This document shows positions 35,719 through 43,295 of a stretch of 64,000 nucleotides of DNA, piece after piece (position 1 is the first letter of the stretch; every line of letters starts with the position of its first letter). Source of the DNA: Deltaproteobacteria bacterium. GTDB lineage: Bacteria > Myxococcota_A > UBA9160 > UBA4427. Below the pieces are notes generated by a model that ran no database searches, was not told the DNA's origin, and saw nothing but the letters and a program-made list of their open reading frames with translations. The stretch lies in the NCBI GenBank assembly GCA_019310385.1, contig JAFDEK010000004.1, positions 476 through 64,475 on the forward strand, given 5' to 3'. The position numbers were made by a program, and so were the translations under genes.

Positions 35719-35929
35719 CTAGGAGCCTGACCCAAGGCTCGCCGCGACGCCCGACCGCCGACGCATCACCGCTGACTGCGTTGGGGGCCCAGCCAAAGGC
35801 TGGGCTTCCCGGTGACTGCGTCGACCGCGAAACCTTGCTGTAGCCCTGCTACAGCTGCGGCTCCGCGCCTTGTCAGCGGCGCGCCTCGACGCTCAGGCTT
35901 CCCACGGGAGTCTTGGGTCAGGCTCCTAG
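35719..35929. mobile_element. 211-bp element bounded by 18-bp perfect (22-bp imperfect) terminal inverted repeats; MITE-like or structured RNA
   Basis: CTAGGAGCCTGACCCAAG (35719-35736) is matched by CTTGGGTCAGGCTCCTAG (35912-35929). Internal hairpins are CCCAGCC-aaa-GGCTGGG and CTGTAG-ccctg-CTACAG. TGACTGCGT is duplicated. No ORF. Confidence 0.55.
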
Positions 35930-36270
35930 CTCTCGGTCTCGCTCTCGCCCTCGCGGATCGAATCGCGCGAACCTCGATGGTCGCGGCGCTTCTTGCGCAT
36001 CTGTCGAACCTGCTGAACGAAGTTCTCGACGGCGTCGTGCAGCGCCTGGTCGAGGCTGTCCGAAGTGCGCACGGCGACGATCTCCTTGCCGCGGGCCTCG
36101 CAGGTGATGCGCACCTCCTGCTCGCCGTGGCCCTGACGTGCAGAGCTGCCCGAGATGCGAACGTCGATGATGTCGTTGCTGCCCTGCTCGGCGAGCTCGC
36201 GGATGCGGCCTTCGATCTCCTCGCGGCCGTCTTCGGACAGCCATTGCGTGTGGTGCCAGTGAATCTCCAA
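35926..36270 (-). CDS. hpf: ribosome hibernation promoting factor / RaiA family (short form)
   Basis: TTG start at 36270, 4 nt after AGGAGA. ...VRITCEARGKEIVAVRTSDSLDQALHDAVENFVQQVRQMRKKRR matches the S30AE/HPF C-terminal pattern. Confidence 0.65.
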   Translation of the reverse strand: MEIHWHHTQWLSEDGREEIEGRIRELAEQGSNDIIDVRISGSSARQGHGEQEVRITCEARGKEIVAVRTSDSLDQALHDAVENFVQQVRQMRKKRRDHRGSRDSIREGESETES

Positions 36271-36694
36271 GACGTCTCCTAGGTGGTCCGTCGCGTTTCG
36301 GTCGACGCGATCGGCGCAGATTCGACTCCTGCTCGCCGAGCGGCGGCCCGTGACAATGGCCCGCTTCGCGCGCTCTCGCAATCCCAAGAGCGATTCGCCA
36401 TCGGCAAATGGGGCAATTTGACCCCATGGCGTTTCGCCGATTCTGATCTCGGTCGCTCTGCAGTGCGGGAGGCGAAAGAAAGGCGTATATCCATGACCTC
36501 ATGTGTCACGTCTTTTCGGTTGAATGTCCAGGTACCGGGAGTGTCGCCCCCCACGACCCGCAGCCTTCCGGGGGAGCCCACATGAGGCGGCAGCCTCGCC
36601 GGGCTCCCCCGGGAGCACAAGCCGCCGTGAGACGCCGCAAGGCGAGAGGCCAGACGAGAGACCCGATGAGAGATCCAATGAGAGGTGAGAACCC

Positions 36695-36946
36695 ATGACG
36701 AGCCACCACTACCAGTCTACCTGCGAGGCGTGTCCGGTCTGCGGCAGCACCACGGTCGAGACCGACCGGGTCGAGTGCCGGGGGGAGCTCCTGCTCGGTG
36801 AGTGCCTTCGCTGCGAGCATCGTTGGACCCGGGCGCTCGGCGCGGTTCCGCTCCAGGGCAGCCATCTCCAGAGCAGCCATGGGGCCTCTGCGCCGCAGGC
36901 CCGCGGGGCGTGGACCGGAGACCGGGAGGTTGCGAGCGCGGCGTGA
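36695..36946 (+). CDS. small zinc-ribbon protein (hypothetical)
   Basis: 83 aa with CEACPVC...C(x9)CLRC Cys clusters. It sits directly upstream of the ArsA-like pair. No family recognised. Confidence 0.4.
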   Translation: MTSHHYQSTCEACPVCGSTTVETDRVECRGELLLGECLRCEHRWTRALGAVPLQGSHLQSSHGASAPQARGAWTGDREVASAA

Positions 36947-36961
36947 TACGTTCAGGCCGCC

Positions 36962-38215
36962 ATGCGGCTCGTACTCTACACAGGAAAGGGTGGCGTCGGA
37001 AAGACGACCACGGCTGCGACCACCGCGGTCTGCGCCGCTCAGCGCGGGCGGCGCACCCTGATCGTGTCGGCGGACGCCGCCCACAGCCTGGGCGACGTGC
37101 TCGATCACCCTCTCGGCAGCGATCCTGTCCCCCTCACCGGGAATCTCACCGCGCTCGAGATCGACGCGCGGGTCGAGATGGCGCGCCACTGGGGCCAGAT
37201 CCGCGACTACCTGGTGTCGCTGTTCCGCTATCAGGGCATCGACGAGGTGGTGGCGGAAGAGCTTGCCCTGCTACCGGGAGCCGAAGAGCTCACGACCTTG
37301 TTCGCGGTGGAGGAGGCGGCGCGCAGCGGCAGCTACGACTTCATCGTCGTCGACTGCGCACCCACCGACACCACCTTGCGGCTCCTCACCCTTCCCGACG
37401 TTGCCCACGGTGCGCTGCGGCTGCTGCTGAGGCTCCAGCGCTCCATTGCCCGGGTCGTCACCCCCCTGGCGCGCAGTCTGGTGCCGATTCCCATGCCTGG
37501 CTCGGAGGTCTTCGCCGACGCCGAGCGACTGCTCTACGACAAGCTGCGCGGTCTGCGGCGTCGCGTCACCTCGTCGGACACGAGCGTACGCCTCGTCGTC
37601 ACGCCCGAACGCATGGTGATCGACGAGGCGCGGCGCGCGTTCACGGACCTCTGCCTCTTCGATCTCAGCTGCGACGGGGTGGTGATGAACCGACTGCTTC
37701 CCGAGGCCGCCCTGCGCGAGGAGTTCTTTCGTCATTGGGGGCGCTTGCAGGCGGAGCGCGTGGAGGAGGTGAAGGGGGTCTTCGCTCCCCTGCGCGTCTT
37801 GAACGCGCGGCTGCAGGACGACGAGGTCGTTGGCCTGCAACGCCTCGAGGCCCACGGCCGCGAGCTCTTCGCCGCCTGCGAGCCCGACGCGGTGCTCTCC
37901 CGCATGGAGCGAATCCGCTTCTCCCGGGATCCGGATGCCTACCGGGTCCACCTCCCTTTGCCCGGGGCCAGGGTCGAGGAGCTCGACGTCGCGAAGGTGG
38001 AGGACGAGCTCGTCGTGCGTGCCGGATCCATGCGCCGCGCGCTCAAGCTGCCACGCCGAATCGCGCCCCTGGCTCTCGGATCCGCGCGCCTTGCGGATGG
38101 CCAGCTCGAGGTCGTCTTTCCTCGGGAGCGAAAGGACGCCCGGGAGCGAAGGGATGCCCGGGAGCGAAAGGGTCGTCGCGAGAGCAAGGACGGCCCGCCG
38201 GTGTGGGAGGCCTGA
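36962..38215 (+). CDS. ArsA/Get3-family ATPase with C-terminal HSP20-like domain (paralog 1)
   Basis: P-loop LYTGKGGVGKTT, SADAAHSLGD, DCAPTDTTLRLL. C-terminal YRVHLPLPGARVEELDVAKVEDELVVRAG (alpha-crystallin-like). Confidence 0.85.
   Translation: MRLVLYTGKGGVGKTTTAATTAVCAAQRGRRTLIVSADAAHSLGDVLDHPLGSDPVPLTGNLTALEIDARVEMARHWGQIRDYLVSLFRYQGIDEVVAEELALLPGAEELTTLFAVEEAARSGSYDFIVVDCAPTDTTLRLLTLPDVAHGALRLLLRLQRSIARVVTPLARSLVPIPMPGSEVFADAERLLYDKLRGLRRRVTSSDTSVRLVVTPERMVIDEARRAFTDLCLFDLSCDGVVMNRLLPEAALREEFFRHWGRLQAERVEEVKGVFAPLRVLNARLQDDEVVGLQRLEAHGRELFAACEPDAVLSRMERIRFSRDPDAYRVHLPLPGARVEELDVAKVEDELVVRAGSMRRALKLPRRIAPLALGSARLADGQLEVVFPRERKDARERRDARERKGRRESKDGPPVWEA
38123..38176 (+). repeat. 18-bp coding tandem repeat x3 (RERKDA/RERRDA/RERKGR) in the tail of ArsA-like paralog 1
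   Basis: cgggagcgaaaggacgcc / cgggagcgaagggatgcc / cgggagcgaaagggtcgt. Confidence 0.85.
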
Positions 38216-38217
38216 GC

Positions 38218-39381
38218 GTGCGGGTGATTCTGCATACCGGCAAGGGAGGAGTCGGAAAGACCACCATGGCGCTCGCTACGGCGCTCGGCGCGGCTCGCCA
38301 CGGGCACCGGGTCTTCGTGCTCTCCACCGACGCAGCGCACAGCGTGGGCGATGCGCTGGGGCGACCCATCGGATCCTCGCCGGTGGAGGTGGCCCAGGGC
38401 GTAGTCGCTCAGGAGGTGGGAGTTCTCGACGAGCTCGATCGTGCCTGGTCGGAGATCCAGGAATGGCTGCGCGAGCTGCTGCACGACGAGACCGACGAGA
38501 TGGTCGCCGAGGAGCTGCTGGTCTTTCCCGGTATGGAGGAGCTGATCTCCTTGCGCGCGGTGCGCGAGGTCGAGGCCACCGGTGACTTCGACGTCTGCGT
38601 GGTGGATTGCGCGCCTACGGGCGCCACCCTGCGCATGCTGCGCTTTCCCGATGCCCTGCGCATCTTCATGGAGAGCTTCTTCGACATCGAGCGCCGGGGC
38701 GTGCGTATTCTGCGGCCGCTGCTGGACAAGGTGAGCGCGGGCCGCCTGCTGCCGCGAGAGGAGTTCTTCGATGCCTTCGAGCGGCTCTACGGGGAGGTCG
38801 AGGATGTTCGCCAGATCCTCCTGGACAACCAGCGCACGAGCGCGCGGCTCGTCGTGAACCCGGCCCGGGTGGTGGTCGACGAGGCCCGACGCTCCTTTGC
38901 GTACCTGAGCCTCTACGGTGTCGCGACGGACGCCGTCCTGGTGAACCGGGTGCTCCCCGAGCAGGCCGCCGGCGGCTACTTCGCCCAGTGGGCCAAGCGC
39001 GAGCAGGAGGAGCTCGCCGAGATCGAGCACTGCTTCCCCGAGGTTCCCCTGCTGCGGGCTCCCCTCTACCCGAATGAGCTCGTGGGTGCGCCGGCCATCG
39101 CCGAGCTGGCGCGCGAGGTCTACGGAGATCGCGACCCCGCCGAGGTCTTCACGACGGATCGGCCCATCCGCCTGCGCAAGCAAGGCAGCAAGACGGTCCT
39201 CGAGATTCTCTTGCGCGGAGTGTCGAAGGAAGAGGTGGATGTCGTCGTCGCGGGTGAGGATCTCCACGTGCAGGTGCGCGACGCCCAGCGGCGCATCGCG
39301 CTGCCCGCATCCCTGGTCGGCTGCCCGGTCGACACGGCGCGCTTCTCGGGCGACGTGCTGCAGGTCGTGTTTTCCCCGTGA
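38218..39381 (+). CDS. ArsA/Get3-family ATPase with C-terminal HSP20-like domain (paralog 2)
   Basis: GTG begins 2 nt after the upstream stop. LHTGKGGVGKTT, STDAAHSVGD, DCAPTGATLRML. C-terminal TVLEILLRGVSKEEVDVVVAGEDLHVQV. Confidence 0.85.
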   Translation: MRVILHTGKGGVGKTTMALATALGAARHGHRVFVLSTDAAHSVGDALGRPIGSSPVEVAQGVVAQEVGVLDELDRAWSEIQEWLRELLHDETDEMVAEELLVFPGMEELISLRAVREVEATGDFDVCVVDCAPTGATLRMLRFPDALRIFMESFFDIERRGVRILRPLLDKVSAGRLLPREEFFDAFERLYGEVEDVRQILLDNQRTSARLVVNPARVVVDEARRSFAYLSLYGVATDAVLVNRVLPEQAAGGYFAQWAKREQEELAEIEHCFPEVPLLRAPLYPNELVGAPAIAELAREVYGDRDPAEVFTTDRPIRLRKQGSKTVLEILLRGVSKEEVDVVVAGEDLHVQVRDAQRRIALPASLVGCPVDTARFSGDVLQVVFSP

Positions 39382-39427
39382 ACGGCGGCGAGACACCGAT
39401 CCGCCGCCGCTTGCCTCCGGCCCCCCC

Positions 39428-40354
39428 GTGACCCGAACCGAACACGCCCGGGATGAAGAGCCGCTCCGGGATTTCCTACGCGTCGATCCGGAGGGCCTGC
39501 CTTGGGATCCCTCGGCGCCGCCGCGTCGTATCGTCAGCCTGGTGCCGAGCATTACCGAGTCGCTCTTCGCGCTGGGCTTGGGGGATCGCCTCGTCGCCGT
39601 GACGCAGTGGTGTGTGCATCCCGCCGACGGGGTGGCGGAGCTGCCCAAGGTGGGAGGGACGAAGAACCCCGATCTCGCGGCCATCACCGCCCTGGTACCG
39701 GAGCTCGTGATCGCCAACCACGAGGAGAACACCCACCGCGCCGTCACGCGCCTCGAAGCCGCGGGTGTCCCCGTCTGGGTCACCTACCCGCGGCGCGTTC
39801 GCGACGGGGCGCGGCTGCTCGCCGAGCTGGCGCAGCTCGGCGGCGAGTCCGGACGCGAGCGCTGCGCCCGGGTGGTGGAGGAGGTCGCGGCCGAGCTCGA
39901 GGCGGCCGAGCAGCGACTTGCCGAGCGCTCCGCTGGCGCAGCCGCTTCCGCGCCCCGGATCTTCTGCCCCATCTGGCGCGATCCGTGGATGACCGTGGGA
40001 CGCGACACCTACGTTCACGACATGCTCGAGCTGTGCGGCGGAGCCAACGTCTTCGCGGACGCAGGAGACCGTCGCTATCCGGTGGTCGATGTCGAGGTCA
40101 TCGTGGCGTCGGCTCCGGACATCGTTCTGCTGCCCGACGAGCCCTATGCGTTCGGACCCGAGGAGCGCCGGGAGCTCGAGGCCCTCGCGCTCCCGGCGGC
40201 GCGCAGCGGGCGGATCCACCTGATCGACGGCACTTGGGTGTCGTGGTACGGTCCGCGAATCGGGCCCGCGATCCGTGTATTGGGGGGGCTGATTGCGGAT
40301 AGACCGGCCGGGCGCACGCGTCCCGCAGCGCAGTCGCGGCGTCAAAGCGGGTGA
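39428..40354 (+). CDS. BtuF/TroA-like (helical-backbone) binding protein without signal peptide, possible cobalamin-binding protein
   Basis: RIVSLVPSITESLFALGLGDRLVAVT...PDLAAITALVPELVIAN... fits the class III periplasmic-binding-protein fold. No export signal is visible. GTG start is inferred. Confidence 0.7.
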   Translation: MTRTEHARDEEPLRDFLRVDPEGLPWDPSAPPRRIVSLVPSITESLFALGLGDRLVAVTQWCVHPADGVAELPKVGGTKNPDLAAITALVPELVIANHEENTHRAVTRLEAAGVPVWVTYPRRVRDGARLLAELAQLGGESGRERCARVVEEVAAELEAAEQRLAERSAGAAASAPRIFCPIWRDPWMTVGRDTYVHDMLELCGGANVFADAGDRRYPVVDVEVIVASAPDIVLLPDEPYAFGPEERRELEALALPAARSGRIHLIDGTWVSWYGPRIGPAIRVLGGLIADRPAGRTRPAAQSRRQSG

Positions 40355-40591
40355 ATTTAGCCACGGACTGCCGGGATTTCGGTAGGGCTCGCCCCCCGAG
40401 CCACTCCGTATGGGGGCCGCCGGGAAATCATGGTTAAAGCCGTGCATCATCCACCCGAAAAGGAACGTGCAGGTCGTGGATTTTGGGCCCGAAAGACTGT
40501 GGGAAATCGCGGGACGACGTGGAGGGGCCCGGGACGTCTCGCCGAGCATCGCGCAAGTTGGTCTTCGCGCGTACTAGAGGTCGCTAGGGAA

Positions 40592-42217
40592 ATGAGAATC
40601 AATCCTCACACTCGATGGAGTGGGGGCGAAGACGCGAGGTGGCGAAGGCCGGCGCGATCGGGGGCAGGTCGCGGAGCTACGCTACGCGGTCCGGCGCTAT
40701 TGGCCGCCATCGCGATCGCGCTCAGTGCCGCGCTGCCCGCGTGGTCTGCCAGCGTGGTGGAGGTGCGGGTCGGTCGCCACGCGGAGTTTACTCGCGTGGT
40801 CTTCGAACTCGATGCGCCGGCGGGCTACAGCCTGCAGCGGCACGCACCCGCCCCGGGTATCTCCGAGCTCGTGGTCTCGCTCGATGCTGGCGCCACGGCC
40901 CAGGAGATCAAGACCGGCAAGGCGATGATCACGGGCGTCGAGATCTCGCCCCGGAACTCGAAGAGGTCGGTCGCGCACATTCGACTCACCCAGGATGGGC
41001 TGCGGGTGAAGGAGATGATCCTCGCCAGTCCGCCGCGCATCGTGCTCGATGTGCTCGGGCCGGCGAAGCCGAAGGCCGCTGTTACGCCGGCGTCGAGCAA
41101 GCCGAAGCCGGTCGAGCCCAGTGTGCCGGTCGCGACGGCAACGCCGGCGGTGGTACCCGATACGAGCAAGCCGAAGCCGGCTCCGGTAGCGCGCTCGCCG
41201 AAGGTCGTCGAAAAGCCCGCAGCCAAGGCAACGCAGCCCGCACCCGAGACCAGCAAGCCGACCGATCAAGTGATCCCGCCGCCCGTCGCGCCGGTGGATG
41301 TGACGAAGCCGGCGTTGGCAGAGGATCCTGCGACTCCGCAGAAGCTCGCGATCGCGAAGCCTCCAGCGGAGCCGCCCGCGACGAGCGGCGCTGTCCCGCC
41401 GTCGCCCGACACGACTACTCCGCTCGCCATGGCGAAGCCGCGCGCAAAGGTACCACCGCCGCCTCGCGAGAAGCGAGTGGCGCCCAAGCCGGTGCCGGCG
41501 CGCAAGGTTCCGGCGCCCGCGCCGGTCGAGGAATCCGCCTTCGACATGAAGATCGTCGGCGGAGGGCTCGCGGCCGTCGCAGTGGTGGGTCTCCTGGTCT
41601 TCGCGGTTCTTCGCCGCCGCGCGAGCTACGAAGTCATGGACGGCGACGAGTTCGACGTCGACCCCCTTGCGGCCGACAACCCCTTCGCGGAGCTGGGCGA
41701 CGACCTGGCGGTCGGCGGGGACGCAGCGCAAGAGAGCAGCGAATCGGCACTCGCCGGGGAGCCGCTTGGCGATTTTGGAGCGGAGGCCTCTTCGGGCCTC
41801 CAGGAAGATCTGTTCGGAGCCGCCCCTGCAGAGGCGGACAAGGGCGAGGTTCCCAAGGAATCCGTCGCCGCAGGAGAGACCATGGACAGCTTGAGCGAGA
41901 TGCCCACCACCCCGATCATGGATGGCGTGGGGGCAATGGTCGGCGCCGGTGCAGCCGGCGAGGACGTCATGGGCATGCTGCGCGCTTTCGAACAGCGAAT
42001 CGCAAGCCTGGAGTCGAGGCTCGACGAGGCGAGCGAGGCCAAGGAGCGCCTCGAGCGCCAGGTGGCCGCGCAGACCGAGGAGCTGCGTGTACAGCGCGCC
42101 GCCATTGCGCGCACCCAGCGCGCAGTGCGCAACCTGAATCGCCCGGAGGACGAGGCGCCGACGGAGCCGGCGCTGCGTGATCCCAGTCGCCCGGATGGTC
42201 CGCGCACCGACGTGTAG
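40592..42217 (+). CDS. AMIN-domain bitopic membrane protein with Pro-rich linker and C-terminal coiled coil
   Basis: Signal/anchor, then VVEVRVGRHAEFTRVVFELDAP...SPPRIVLDVLG (AMIN). About 200 aa of PxKP-rich linker follow. TM segment IVGGGLAAVAVVGLLVFAVL, then an acidic tail plus heptad region. Confidence 0.65.
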   Translation: MRINPHTRWSGGEDARWRRPARSGAGRGATLRGPALLAAIAIALSAALPAWSASVVEVRVGRHAEFTRVVFELDAPAGYSLQRHAPAPGISELVVSLDAGATAQEIKTGKAMITGVEISPRNSKRSVAHIRLTQDGLRVKEMILASPPRIVLDVLGPAKPKAAVTPASSKPKPVEPSVPVATATPAVVPDTSKPKPAPVARSPKVVEKPAAKATQPAPETSKPTDQVIPPPVAPVDVTKPALAEDPATPQKLAIAKPPAEPPATSGAVPPSPDTTTPLAMAKPRAKVPPPPREKRVAPKPVPARKVPAPAPVEESAFDMKIVGGGLAAVAVVGLLVFAVLRRRASYEVMDGDEFDVDPLAADNPFAELGDDLAVGGDAAQESSESALAGEPLGDFGAEASSGLQEDLFGAAPAEADKGEVPKESVAAGETMDSLSEMPTTPIMDGVGAMVGAGAAGEDVMGMLRAFEQRIASLESRLDEASEAKERLERQVAAQTEELRVQRAAIARTQRAVRNLNRPEDEAPTEPALRDPSRPDGPRTDV

Positions 42218-42317
42218 CCGCGTGCGCGGCGTCCCTGCAGCTCGCGCCGCTTCGCCACGGTCGCCGCGCCAGCGCGGCCCGCAGCGTCTCGCAGCCGGCC
42301 AGGTCGCTACGCCGCGC

Positions 42318-43214
42318 TCAGGGCGCTCCGTTTCTCGCCAGCTCGAGGGCGCCCAGGGCGCCGCCGAACTCGCCGTCGGGCAGGAAGTGGGCGTTGCGCC
42401 CGATCATCGCCGTCACGCCTTCGAGGACCGTCACGAGAGCGGGATTGCTGCGCAGGGTCGAGCCTCCGAAGACGATCGTCTCCGCCTGGGTCGCCGCAGC
42501 GAGCCCGCCGCAGATCAGAGCGACGTTTTCCCCGACCAGCCCCATGATGGCCGCCGCAAGGTGCTCCGGAGACTTGCCGTCGGTGTCCGCCGACGAGGGG
42601 TCGGAGGCCTCGGGGGTCAGGCCCAGCTTGCCGAACGAGGCCGCAGTGAGGTCTCCCGGCAGCGGGAGCTCGCCGCTCGAGTAGATGTCCGAGACCACGA
42701 GGTCCACATGGCGGCGGGAGCCCTTGCTGGCCAGCAGGCAGAGTTCTTCGAAGCTGTTCGCCCCTGTGAGCGCGGAGCCGAGACCGAGCACCGTGCCCCC
42801 GCCCAGCGCGGTGCCGCCCACTCGCACTGCTCGGCCGCCGTCGATGAGAAGCACCGAAGTCCCGGTGCCGAGGGAGACCAGCAGGTAGCGAGAGCCCTGC
42901 GCGATGAGCTCCGGGTCGAGCAGGCGGTCGGCGCCGGCACCCCAGGCGTCGAACTCAGCCACCGTGTGGCTGGGCAGTTCGAGCAGATTCGCCAGGCGGG
43001 CGGCGCCTCCGCCGGTGAGACCGATGCTCGCCGGACCCAGTGCGCTGACCTTGGCCACGATCGGATCGACGGCGCGGGAAGGCATCAGCTCGAGGTGGTA
43101 GCGCCCCTCGTGGTCGCGCTGGGCGATCTTCGTCAGGGTGGCGCCGAGATCCACTCCGACGGCGGGCGCGCGGCCCTGGCGGCCGCTGGATATCGGGGAT
43201 CGCGAACTCTCCAT
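42318..43214 (-). CDS. type II pantothenate kinase-like (ASKHA/Fumble fold) protein
   Basis: An internal ATG at 43214 gives VGVDLGATLTKIA, LTGGGAARL, LVSLGTGTSVLLIDG, GGTALGGGTVLGLG and DLVVSDIY, matching the PanK-II motif order. Confidence 0.75.
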   Translation of the reverse strand: MESSRSPISSGRQGRAPAVGVDLGATLTKIAQRDHEGRYHLELMPSRAVDPIVAKVSALGPASIGLTGGGAARLANLLELPSHTVAEFDAWGAGADRLLDPELIAQGSRYLLVSLGTGTSVLLIDGGRAVRVGGTALGGGTVLGLGSALTGANSFEELCLLASKGSRRHVDLVVSDIYSSGELPLPGDLTAASFGKLGLTPEASDPSSADTDGKSPEHLAAAIMGLVGENVALICGGLAAATQAETIVFGGSTLRSNPALVTVLEGVTAMIGRNAHFLPDGEFGGALGALELARNGAP

Positions 43215-43295
43215 CCGCCTTCTCTCCGGCCCCCCGGGTTTGGCTAATGTCTTTTTGATTCGGTGGGTTACATTCCCACCCGGAACTCTGCCGCC

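Noticed and set aside
36283-36694. Looked for a sigma-54 promoter for hpf, or a riboswitch, in the hpf / zinc-ribbon divergent gap. It includes the ATGGGG-caatttga-CCCCAT hairpin and a GCGTATATCC near-match to the repeat core.
   Set aside because: GG/GC spacing does not fit the -24/-12 consensus on either strand. The core-like match lacks the hairpin and the CTCGCC half. No known riboswitch signature was recognised by eye.
36802-39381. An 859-aa ORF spanning both ArsA-like genes.
   Set aside because: Only its last ~387 codons (from GTG 38218) carry ArsA motifs. The upstream two thirds are an out-of-frame shadow of the first ArsA-like gene (36962..38215), which has its own P-loop and stop.
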